This document shows, piece by piece, positions 28,340-35,986 of a stretch of 55,161 bases of DNA. The notes below the pieces were generated by a model. The model did not search any database and had not been told where the DNA came from. It saw only the letters and a program-made list of their open reading frames with translations. Positions within the stretch are counted from its first letter, which is position 1. Each line of letters starts with the position of its first letter. Both the position numbers and the translations under genes were made by a program. Source of the DNA: a virus (taxonomy: Duplodnaviria; Caudoviricetes); IMG/VR virus record IMGVR_UViG_3300020042_006565, positions 1-55,161 of that record, one strand, 5' to 3'.

Positions 28340-28910
28340 AGTCGCACCGTTTATGTAAGAACAGCGGCTGTCGTAACCCTGGTGTTCTTACTGACTTAGA
28401 TGCAAGCCGGTGCGCAACTTCCGCACCGCTACCCGAAAGGGAGAGAGCACTAGGTTACCCGTGAGGGGACTCCATCTATGGTGGAGACTAGGATTCGGGA
28501 TTGATGTTTAGGCGCAACTGTGCGGCTAACCCAGTTCCTGCATGAGTAACCCAGCGTTTGTTTAGCGCAGCGCTGGTGTAGGGGTGCAGGTTCGGCTGGG
28601 CGTGTAGCAGTGAGGTGGTTTGCAGCGCCGATAGTCAAGTCGAACCGCGTGTGAAGCGCGAAACCGAATCCTACTGGATCACAACCGTCCGGACGTGCGG
28701 GGCGCAAAGCTCTCGACAGCCCCCGGACGTGATAGGCGCGCATGGCGTGCCAACGATCACTTCACAAGCGCCTTATCAGGGGGGCGCGTAATACCCCTGC
28801 GGCTTGGCAAGCCACAAAACCCGCGAGTCGGCGCGGACAGTACCGACACAAAGTTTCAGCCAATGCCCACAGTCTATCGTGGGCATTACCGGGCGCTTTG
28901 ACCCGAAACC
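28340..28910 (+). ncRNA. candidate large structured RNA (~570 nt)
   Basis: At least 15 helices found by eye, including long-range 28489-28498/28664-28673, GNRA-capped hairpins and a 3' pseudoknot. No credible ORF. Confidence 0.7.
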
Positions 28911-28940
28911 CCCTTAATCATTCACTCAAGGAGCTACACC

Positions 28941-29471
28941 ATGTCCACCAATCAACAAGAACCCGTCGTGTTCACCATCGAAGACTTCAACAAGAGCATT
29001 GCGGTGCTCGTCAAGGGCCAAGCCAAGACTGCGAAGTCTATCGGCGCACTGCTGCTCCAGTGCCTCTACTTCTCTATCGTGGAGAAGGACGCTGGAGCGG
29101 CCAATGGGCTGATCGCCTGCCTGCGCAAGTCCACCAAGCAGGCCGGAATAATCGCGCTGCTGGAGACGCACGGCAACCTCGTGTGGCAGAAGTCCCTCAA
29201 GACCCCGCGCTTCGCTCACTTCGACGCTGACTGGGAGTGGACTCAGGAGTACGTGGACGGCATGCGCGAGGTCTGCGCTGACTGGGAGAGCTACAAGCCA
29301 GAGACTGAGAAGGAGACTGAGTTCGACGTCATCAAGGCGCTGGAGTCCCTCCAGAAGAAGGCAGTCTCTGCCAAGAGCAAGAGCCTCAACATCAAGGGCG
29401 AAGCTGCGCTGCAAGCGATCAGCTTGATCGTGGCCAAGTACAACGCGGCTGCTATCGACAAGGTTCTGTGA
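28941..29471 (+). CDS. early hypothetical protein (176 aa) between the structured RNA and the hammerhead
   Basis: AAGGAG RBS and strongly C/G-ending codons like the highly expressed phage genes. Confidence 0.85.
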   Translation: MSTNQQEPVVFTIEDFNKSIAVLVKGQAKTAKSIGALLLQCLYFSIVEKDAGAANGLIACLRKSTKQAGIIALLETHGNLVWQKSLKTPRFAHFDADWEWTQEYVDGMREVCADWESYKPETEKETEFDVIKALESLQKKAVSAKSKSLNIKGEAALQAISLIVAKYNAAAIDKVL

Positions 29472-29473
29472 CA

Positions 29474-29536
29474 CCTGCCCACTGATGAGGCCCCGTGGCA
29501 GGGGCCGAAACCCTGCGCTAGTTGGCAGGGTCTGGG
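29474..29536 (+). ncRNA. type I hammerhead ribozyme
   Basis: CCCA-CUGAUGA-GGCCCC(GUGGCA)GGGGCC-GAAA-CCCUGC(GCUAGUUG)GCAGGG-UC-UGGG. The complete core is present and predicted cleavage is after C29532. Confidence 0.93.
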
Positions 29537-29539
29537 AAG

Positions 29540-29985
29540 CTCTAATTAATATTAATTGTCGCCATGGCAACTTGCTTACACGTCAGCGAGCTGTCCTCTG
29601 GCGCTGTTCTTATTAGAGAGGGCTCTTTTTTGGGACCCATTTGTTCGATTGATAAGGATTCATCGCTATGGCTCTGCATGGGTCCCCATGCATCTACTTA
29701 TCTCTATATTAATCATATTAATATAATTAAAGAGAGAAAAGAGAGCCAGAAAGCTACGCTCTGTTGTCATGCGCATGAATCGCGGCGCGCTCGCTCCTCA
29801 GTTGTCATAGCGACAAGTTCGCACAAGCTTTTGCTCTCAGTGGGAAAAACGGCTCTAATATATTAATAAGAAAAAAGTCCTTGCATAGCCAGCCGTGCGC
29901 ATGCATAGCGACAAGCTCTTATTAGAGACCCCTCTTATTAATATGCCTCTAATAAGACCCCGCCCACCCCTAATAAGACCCGCAG
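29540..29985. other. AT-rich repeat-containing non-coding region, candidate replication origin/control region
   Basis: CTTATTAGAG at 29609 and 29918, inverted copies at 29947 and 29968 (1 mismatch), palindrome AATTAATATTAATT at 29544 and an AT tract at ~29700-29740. Confidence 0.5.
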
Positions 29986-30043
29986 CGCCCTCGCATCGAG
30001 CAAGCGCAGCACTGGTCAGCGCCCTTTTTCTCCCCCACAACTC

Positions 30044-30057
30044 GCTTACATGTAAGC
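30044..30057. promoter_or_regulatory. perfect palindromic operator GCTTACATGTAAGC
   Basis: Upstream of the small early gene array. Confidence 0.75.
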
Positions 30058-30101
30058 AAGTTGTTCGTTCGTCCCCCACTCACTTAATAAAGGACAGCAC
30101 C

Positions 30102-30269
30102 ATGAACCACCAAATTCCAGTCGCCAACATCGCAGATGAGATCGAGACAGTCCAAGACTTCTTCCTTCTTCTTAATAACCCGCACCTCCCGCCCCTGCAC
30201 TTGGCAGAGGAAGACAACCCAGGCGACCGGACGTTCATCCACACCCTCGAAGACCCGACCTCATATTAA
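30102..30269 (+). CDS. small early hypothetical protein
   Basis: AAAGGA RBS, ATG 30102 (MNHQIPV...). Confidence 0.55.
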   Translation: MNHQIPVANIADEIETVQDFFLLLNNPHLPPLHLAEEDNPGDRTFIHTLEDPTSY

Positions 30270-30282
30270 TAAGGAGCAGACC

Positions 30283-30459
30283 ATGCAGATCAAAGTAGTT
30301 TTCGAGTTCCCCGACGTCACCGACCCCACCAGCGCGGCAGCGTTCCACATCCTCTCCACGTTCGAGCGCGACTGCAACCGGCTGGTGTACCGGCAGTACA
30401 CCGCCAACGACACCAACTACGCGTACATCGAGCGCGACGACCCAACTGACGAGGAGTAA
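30283..30459 (+). CDS. small early hypothetical protein
   Basis: TAAGGAG RBS, ATG 30283 (MQIKVVF...). Confidence 0.65.
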   Translation: MQIKVVFEFPDVTDPTSAAAFHILSTFERDCNRLVYRQYTANDTNYAYIERDDPTDEE

Positions 30460-30461
30460 CC

Positions 30462-30728
30462 ATGCCAAACCCAACACGCACAACCTGCATGTTCCTCAAC
30501 GCAGAGGACATCGAGAAGATCGCCCAGTCAACCAACTGGGACAAGCTGATGACCGCCATCGCCTACCTTTCTACGTGGAACATCGCCACGTTCCCTGTAG
30601 TGACCATCACCCGCGACCGGATGGACACGAACGACTTGTTCGCCCTCTATCACGACCCCAAGCACCCCGAAAGGCGCTACTCAATCGGTGCCGTCTGGCA
30701 CGGCGACCACTACGGCTTCCACTCATAA
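30462..30728 (+). CDS. small early hypothetical protein (88 aa)
   Basis: GAGGAG RBS. C-terminal IGAVW....YGFHS. Confidence 0.7.
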   Translation: MPNPTRTTCMFLNAEDIEKIAQSTNWDKLMTAIAYLSTWNIATFPVVTITRDRMDTNDLFALYHDPKHPERRYSIGAVWHGDHYGFHS

Positions 30729-30738
30729 GGAGACAACC

Positions 30739-30927
30739 ATGCAGATCAACGGCACTTACCTGTTTGAAATACCGGCAGAGATGCCCAAAGAACTCGCGGA
30801 GATCGTGAAGAAGTATTCGCTTCCGTACTCCGACACCCTACGAATCGCAGGGGGCAACTGGTGGAAAGACAGCTCGCTCCAAAAGGAGTGGCAGGACTAC
30901 CTTTACAAACAGAAAGGACAACCATGA
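30739..30927 (+). CDS. small early hypothetical protein
   Basis: TAAGGAG RBS, ATG 30739 (MQINGTY...). Confidence 0.65.
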   Translation: MQINGTYLFEIPAEMPKELAEIVKKYSLPYSDTLRIAGGNWWKDSSLQKEWQDYLYKQKGQP

Positions 30928-31034
30928 GCAAATGGGAAACAGAATTCCTGCGCCGCCTCGACGCAGCGATGGAAGTAGGCGTGTGCTTGGCGACGATAGC
31001 GGCAGTAACCCTGCTGCTGTTGGCTTGGGCGTAG
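30924..31034 (+). CDS. 36-aa single-TM peptide
   Basis: GAAAGGA RBS and ATGA overlap. MSKWETEFLRRLDAAMEVGVCLATIAAVTLLLLAWA. Below the ORF track cutoff. Confidence 0.6.
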   Translation: MSKWETEFLRRLDAAMEVGVCLATIAAVTLLLLAWA

Positions 31035-31217
31035 CCCCTTGCCCTCTTCGGAGGGCTTGGGAGTGCGTTGCACTGGGGTGTCTTCGACAGGTTCTAGCGG
31101 CCCCGCTAGTCACGCGAAACTAGAGAACCTTCACCAGGGGCGAGGCATGACAAGCCTCGCATTAACGTAGATCGACGCATCTAGCTTGACCGACAACACC
31201 GACTAGGGTTTTCCCTA
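31035..31217 (+). ncRNA. candidate structured intergenic RNA
   Basis: GCCCUC-UUCG-GAGGGC, AGGUUCU/AGAACCU enclosing inner hairpins, GCGAGGC/GCCUCGC, UAGAU/AUCUA and UAGGG/CCCUA. Confidence 0.45.
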
Positions 31218-31283
31218 TTCATCAACTCACTTACATGTAATCAGAATCCCCGTCCACCAACTCACTCACTGAAAGGAAAGACC

Positions 31284-32183
31284 ATGACCGAACTCACTCT
31301 CACGCAGCTCAATCAGAAAGCCATGTTGGTCAAGCTGACGCAGCGCAAGCCGCGTCTCACCAAGCGTGCCACGTCCTCGGACGAGCAGCACATCCAACTG
31401 GAGCTGGGCGACAAGGGCGCCAAGCTGTACAGCACCATCTTCATCGACAAGTACAACGCAGTGCGCCAGCTCATCAACAGCGCATCAGCGGTGTACGTCT
31501 ACCACAAGGACCACACGCTCCCGTATATCGACCGTGGACCACGCCTGCTGCCAGTCGCCCAGTACGAGCGGTACCGCGACGAGGTTCGCCGCCTCATCGC
31601 AGAGGTAGACACAGCACTGGTCAACACGATGCCGTCATACGACCAACACGTAGCGAACGACATCCTCCAGCGTAACGAGGCAGCTCACGCAGCAGGCAAG
31701 CCCCCTCGCGCATCGGTCGCCGACTACCCGACAGCAGCGCAGTTCGAGCAGAGCATCGGCTCGGAGTTCTTCTTCTCCCCACTGCCAGATCAGTCGCACT
31801 TCCTGTTCGACGTATCCCAGGAAGACAAGGACGGGTTGAACCAGCAGCTCGAAGCCGCAGCTGACGCGGCGCGTGCAGACATGTATGCACGTATCAAGGA
31901 GCCAGTGAAGCACTTGCTGGCCAAGCTGAAGATCCCCGCAGGCGAGCCCGGCAGCGTGTTCCGCGATACCGCAGTGGAGAACGTCATCGAGTCCATCACT
32001 CTGGTGCGGTCGCTGGCGATGGGCGACGAGCAGATCTTGCAGATGTGCGACGAGGTGGCCAGCTCGATGAGCGGGTATGCACGTAACCCGCAGATCCTGC
32101 GCGATAGCCCCATCGTGCGTGAGCAGACAGTGGCCAAGCTCGCAGCGGTCGCCGACCGTATGGGGTTCATGTTCGATAACTAA
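31284..32183 (+). CDS. conserved phage protein (DUF3150-like), helical
   Basis: HTLPY...GPRLLP, DYPT and FRDTAVEN motifs. Usually found with AAA/vWA genes. Confidence 0.7.
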   Translation: MTELTLTQLNQKAMLVKLTQRKPRLTKRATSSDEQHIQLELGDKGAKLYSTIFIDKYNAVRQLINSASAVYVYHKDHTLPYIDRGPRLLPVAQYERYRDEVRRLIAEVDTALVNTMPSYDQHVANDILQRNEAAHAAGKPPRASVADYPTAAQFEQSIGSEFFFSPLPDQSHFLFDVSQEDKDGLNQQLEAAADAARADMYARIKEPVKHLLAKLKIPAGEPGSVFRDTAVENVIESITLVRSLAMGDEQILQMCDEVASSMSGYARNPQILRDSPIVREQTVAKLAAVADRMGFMFDN

Positions 32184-32193
32184 GGAGACAGAG

Positions 32194-32382
32194 ATGAAGG
32201 CTGATTTGTTTCAGCTGCCATTCCACGAGTACATCGCGCAGCGGTCAGCGTATGCGGCAGATGTGGCTGGGCGCACCAAGTTGCTGGACTTGGACTACTC
32301 CGCGCTGGCGCTGCTCCAAGCAATGTGGGCGCGAGAGTATTGGTTTAACAAAGTACAAGGAGACAGAGATGAAAGTACGTGA
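32194..32382 (+). CDS. small hypothetical protein
   Basis: Start inside the repeat (MKADLFQ...). Confidence 0.65.
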   Translation: MKADLFQLPFHEYIAQRSAYAADVAGRTKLLDLDYSALALLQAMWAREYWFNKVQGDRDEST

Positions 32383-32548
32383 CATCCGCGCACGACGCTA
32401 CAGGAAAGCCATTCCTGTAGTTCTCAAACAGTTCGGGCCGAAGTGCCCGAGCTTTCACGCTGGCTGCATCGTGTGCCAAGGGCACAGATTGCTGAAGATC
32501 TTCAGGCGTATCCCTACGTTTGAAGAGACAAACATCCTCACTTACTAA
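32369..32548 (+). CDS. small basic Cys-containing protein
   Basis: Start inside the repeat (MKVRDIR...). C-x6-CxxC pattern. Confidence 0.6.
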   Translation: MKVRDIRARRYRKAIPVVLKQFGPKCPSFHAGCIVCQGHRLLKIFRRIPTFEETNILTY

Positions 32549-32558
32549 GGAGACAGAG

Positions 32559-32720
32559 ATGAATCTGAAAGAAGCGATGACCTGCGCGTACTGGGTCATG
32601 CAAGAAGAACTCGACCGCGTTGAAGAGATGCCAGAGGAGAGCAAGCAGTTTCTCTACACCTCCGAAGCGTGCCTCAACGAGGCGATTCGTGTAATCCGAA
32701 ACCAACTGGACACTATATGA
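32559..32720 (+). CDS. small hypothetical protein
   Basis: Start inside the repeat (MNLKEAM...). Confidence 0.6.
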   Translation: MNLKEAMTCAYWVMQEELDRVEEMPEESKQFLYTSEACLNEAIRVIRNQLDTI

Positions 32721-32878
32721 GTGAAGCCTTCTATCTAGGCATGGTGCGTGGCCGAACTGGGCAAGACCCGCTAGTCGGCGTCCCCCACGACAGCTACGCC
32801 GAGTACCACCTCGGCTGGCACTTCGGGTTCGAGCAGTGGCGCATGGCCCACAACGCAGCGTTAGACGCTGCTAACTAA
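32717..32878 (+). CDS. small hypothetical protein
   Basis: ATGA overlap. FYLG...G...Y.LGW..G pattern. Confidence 0.55.
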   Translation: MSEAFYLGMVRGRTGQDPLVGVPHDSYAEYHLGWHFGFEQWRMAHNAALDAAN

Positions 32879-32888
32879 GGAGACAGAG

Positions 32889-33158
32889 ATGAACAAACGA
32901 GAACTATTTGTAGAGATCGACAAGGACGAGCTGCTTCATCAGGCCCTCGATGAATTCGAGGACTATCGGGTGCATCTCATTCAGTCCAGCGCTTACTTGA
33001 ACCTGCCCGAGTTCAAGGAGGTATTGCGCGAACGGGAGGAACAGTTCGACACGTTCGAGTTCAAGCAGCGAGTGCAGCGCTTTCTCTTCAAAGCAGCGGA
33101 ACTGCAAAAGGCAATGGCGGCGCAAGCCACCACTGGTCAGGCCGCGACCACTAGCTAA
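32889..33158 (+). CDS. hypothetical protein (89 aa)
   Basis: Start inside the repeat. Confidence 0.65.
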   Translation: MNKRELFVEIDKDELLHQALDEFEDYRVHLIQSSAYLNLPEFKEVLREREEQFDTFEFKQRVQRFLFKAAELQKAMAAQATTGQAATTS

Positions 33159-33224
33159 CCCGTCAGCACCTTGGTGCTAATTTATTAATAACTCACCCAA
33201 CTCACTTACTAAAGGAAATACGTC

Positions 33225-34235
33225 ATGGCAACTTATACCGACCTCTTTACCATCGGCACCACGCAGTTCGCACACAACGCGATGATCGCGTATCTCGTTC
33301 TGGGCAAGCCCGGTGGCGGCAAGTCCGCTCTGGCGATGGACATCGTGCGCAGCAGCGGCGGCACTCCCGAGAACACTGTCGTGTTCACCCCGTCTCTGCG
33401 CGATCCGGTGGACGTGCTGGGCACGCCGCGTAACAACGGCGAAGTGACGGAGTGGGTTCCCCCCACAGAGTTCTACAAGCTGCGCGACGGCGTGGGCAAG
33501 TGCTTCCTCATCATCGAGGAGCTGACCGATGCGTCTATCGCCATGATGAACGCGATGTGCAGGATCGTGCTCGACAAGTACGCTGGTGATCTGGCACTCA
33601 GCCAAGAGCTGTACATCGTCGGCACGGGTAACCGCACCGAGGACAAGTCAGGTGCCAACCGCCTCAGCACCAAGCTCGGTAACCGCCTCAACGTGCAGGA
33701 GTTCGACGAGAACTTGGACGCGTGGGTCGACTGGGCACTGAACACTGGCATCGACCCTGTGCTGATCCAGTTCGTTCGCTTCAAGCCCAACCTGCTCAGC
33801 GACTTCGACCCGAACCGCCCGTTCGGTATCAACCCAACCCCCCGCCAGTGGGAGAAGGTGTCGTTCGCAGCGCCGATGCCCAACGACGGGCTGTACTTCA
33901 CCAACATCAAGGGTCTGGTCGGAGAGGGCGCAGCCGCAGAGTACGCAGCGTTCCGCAAGATCTACGCATCACTCATCAGCTTCGAGGAAGTTGTGATGAA
34001 CCCGACCGGTGTGGCGATCCCCAAGGATCTGTCGGCGCAGTACGCCATCGTCGGCAGCATCAGCCACAACACGACGCCTGCCAATGTGGACCGCGTGTCG
34101 CAGTTCGTCGAGCGCCTGCCCTCTGACTTCGGTGTGATGTTCTGGCAGGACACGATCCGCAAGACGCCTGCGGTCAAGATGACCAAGCCCTTCATCAAGT
34201 GGGCGACTGGTTCCGGCAACGTGGTGATGAACTAA
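33225..34235 (+). CDS. AAA+ ATPase (MoxR/dynein-related type)
   Basis: Walker A GKPGGGKS, Walker B LIIEE, sensor TGNR..DKSGA, NR finger and PTPRQW. Confidence 0.85.
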   Translation: MATYTDLFTIGTTQFAHNAMIAYLVLGKPGGGKSALAMDIVRSSGGTPENTVVFTPSLRDPVDVLGTPRNNGEVTEWVPPTEFYKLRDGVGKCFLIIEELTDASIAMMNAMCRIVLDKYAGDLALSQELYIVGTGNRTEDKSGANRLSTKLGNRLNVQEFDENLDAWVDWALNTGIDPVLIQFVRFKPNLLSDFDPNRPFGINPTPRQWEKVSFAAPMPNDGLYFTNIKGLVGEGAAAEYAAFRKIYASLISFEEVVMNPTGVAIPKDLSAQYAIVGSISHNTTPANVDRVSQFVERLPSDFGVMFWQDTIRKTPAVKMTKPFIKWATGSGNVVMN

Positions 34236-34245
34236 GGAGAACGCT

Positions 34246-35493
34246 ATGACCCCCGTACCCAAGAAGAAGAAAGCCAAGCTCACCCCTGAGCAGATCGCCG
34301 AGCGTATGGCAGCAGTCGAGGCCGCTCGCCCGGCAGCCCGCAAGTTGATCGACAAGTCACGTGCGTTCATCGTGCTTGACCATCCGTTCTTCGCCAGCCC
34401 CATGCTCAAGCGTCCGATGGTTGAGCGGCTCGACATCCCGACGCTGTGCGTCAACAACAGCGGCGTTATCTACTACAACCCTGTGTTCGTCGCGGGTCTC
34501 ACCGCAGCGCAGATGGTCTGGGCTACGTGCCACGAGATCATGCACTACATGTCAGGCCACGGTCTGCGCCTTGGCCAGCGCGATCCCAAGAAGTGGAACT
34601 ACGCTGGCGACATGTGGATCAACGACACGCTCAACACGTCAGGTGTCGGCGAGAAGATCGTCGGTTGTATCGACGTGCCTGGTTCGGCTGCTCGCACAGT
34701 AGAGGACATCTACGCATCGTTCCCGCCAGATGAGGAGGGAGATGAGCCTGGTGATGAGGATGGCCCAACTGGCGATCAGCCCACCACTGGTCAGGGCGAG
34801 GGTGATGGCGACGACGACCCAATCGGCGGCGACCTCGACGACGACAACGACGGCTCGACACCCGAGGAGCTGGACGCGCAGCGCAAGATCGACGTGGCCG
34901 AGGCAGCTCAGGTTGCGAAGATGAAGGGCAAGCTGCCCGGTGCGTTGCAGAAGTTCGCCGCAGAGACCATCGACAGCAAGGTGCCTTGGTACGACGTGCT
35001 GGAGCGGTACATGACCGAGCGTGTCAAGAACGACTACAGCTGGGCGCGACCCAACCGTCGCTACATGCCTGACTTCTACCTGCCGACCATCGACGGCGTG
35101 GGTGCGATGGGCGAGATCGTGGTTCAGGTGGACATCTCAGGCAGCGTGTCGAGGCAGGAGATCACGTACTACAACGGGCACATCAAGCGCATCGTCGAGC
35201 AGTGCCACCCGTCCAAGGTCCACGTCATCTACACCGACACCCGTGTGCAGAAGCACGACACGTTCGACAAGCCCGAGGAAGTGGAGATCCAGTTCCACTC
35301 CGGTGGCGGCACTGACATGCGTGCAGGGTTCGAGTACATCAGCAAGCACGGTATCGAGCCCGAGGTTGTCGTCACACTCACTGACGGGTATACACCTTGG
35401 CCCGACTCGACTGACGTGCCAGCTATCTGGTGCATCAGCAGCGACATGCGTGCGCCATGCGGCGAGAACATTCACTTCACTATGGAGGGTTGA
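34246..35493 (+). CDS. metallopeptidase + vWA domain protein (DUF2201-like)
   Basis: HEIMH (HExxH), acidic linker, MIDAS motifs DISGS, GGGTD and LTDG. Confidence 0.85.
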   Translation: MTPVPKKKKAKLTPEQIAERMAAVEAARPAARKLIDKSRAFIVLDHPFFASPMLKRPMVERLDIPTLCVNNSGVIYYNPVFVAGLTAAQMVWATCHEIMHYMSGHGLRLGQRDPKKWNYAGDMWINDTLNTSGVGEKIVGCIDVPGSAARTVEDIYASFPPDEEGDEPGDEDGPTGDQPTTGQGEGDGDDDPIGGDLDDDNDGSTPEELDAQRKIDVAEAAQVAKMKGKLPGALQKFAAETIDSKVPWYDVLERYMTERVKNDYSWARPNRRYMPDFYLPTIDGVGAMGEIVVQVDISGSVSRQEITYYNGHIKRIVEQCHPSKVHVIYTDTRVQKHDTFDKPEEVEIQFHSGGGTDMRAGFEYISKHGIEPEVVVTLTDGYTPWPDSTDVPAIWCISSDMRAPCGENIHFTMEG

Positions 35494-35494
35494 G

Positions 35495-35674
35495 ATGACC
35501 ATCACTACAGAAGCAAAGCAGCAGGCCCTGGACTTCCTAATCAAGGCAGAGGAGTTTCTCAACGACGCACTCGTTGAGCTGACCGAGGATTCCTTCGAGG
35601 AAGAACCAGAAATAGATAACGCACGAGCCGACGTGCTCGATGTGATAGCGCGATTGGAAGGAGAACTGAAATGA
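35495..35674 (+). CDS. small acidic hypothetical protein
   Basis: GGAGG RBS, ATG 35495 (MTITTEAK...). Confidence 0.6.
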   Translation: MTITTEAKQQALDFLIKAEEFLNDALVELTEDSFEEEPEIDNARADVLDVIARLEGELK

Positions 35675-35985
35675 CTAAAGCAGTCATGTGGGAAGGGTTA
35701 ACTGTCGAGCAACTGCGGGCGATAGAGCCTTTTGATCCCCCGATGAAGCTGGTAGTTGACTATGAAGCGCTGTATCAGCAGCTGCTCAAAACGGGATGGA
35801 TGCTTATTCGCACAGACCCGAGCCTAGACAGACCAGTTGGGGGTGGCCAGAAGTCACACGTAGCCCCTTTGGTCAAGGCGTTCAACTGCCATGTCCGAGT
35901 GGTCCTCAAGCAACGCCTGTTCATGCGTCGCGTGGCACTGGATGCGTGGTACATCGAGCTTGGGCTCAACAAAGAGGAGAACTGA
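35671..35985 (+). CDS. hypothetical protein (104 aa)
   Basis: AAGGAG RBS and ATGA overlap. Confidence 0.65.
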   Translation: MTKAVMWEGLTVEQLRAIEPFDPPMKLVVDYEALYQQLLKTGWMLIRTDPSLDRPVGGGQKSHVAPLVKAFNCHVRVVLKQRLFMRRVALDAWYIELGLNKEEN

Positions 35986-35986
35986 G

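Larger units (their letters stand above)
32181..32891 (+). repeat. four copies of AAGGAGACAGAGATG at gene starts (32182, 32357, 32547, 32877)
   Basis: Exact 15-bp RBS plus start repeat. Confidence 0.9.

Noticed and set aside
28484-28640. Group I intron-like P7 pair (GAGACUA ... GAUAGUC)
   Set aside because: It conflicts with the stronger 10-bp helix 28489-98/28664-73. I could not build P3/P4/P6, and no interrupted gene flanks it. A cmscan would settle it.
28410-28910. Group II intron (GUGCG at 28410) or RNase P RNA (ACAAAACCCG at 28814)
   Set aside because: No domain V, no reverse transcriptase and no GAGGAAAGUCC P4 strand.
28228-29230. Track ORFs 28228-28464, 28450-28743, 28695-28901, 28742-29230
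   Set aside because: No RBS, atypical composition and mutual overlap. The region is better explained as structured RNA.
31075-31136. tmRNA/tRNA-like ends (GGGG...UUCGAC ... CACCA)
   Set aside because: The acceptor stem does not pair, there is no T-arm, and it is too short.
29540-31280. Second ribozyme that would allow excision of a circular RNA
   Set aside because: I found no further hammerhead, twister, pistol or HDV core by eye here or upstream of the large RNA. A covariance-model search is needed to exclude one.
32181-32891. CRISPR array
   Set aside because: The repeats are only 15 bp, contain RBS+ATG and are separated by 160-315 bp coding sequences. No cas operon is present, and the Cas4-like gene is a standard phage exonuclease.
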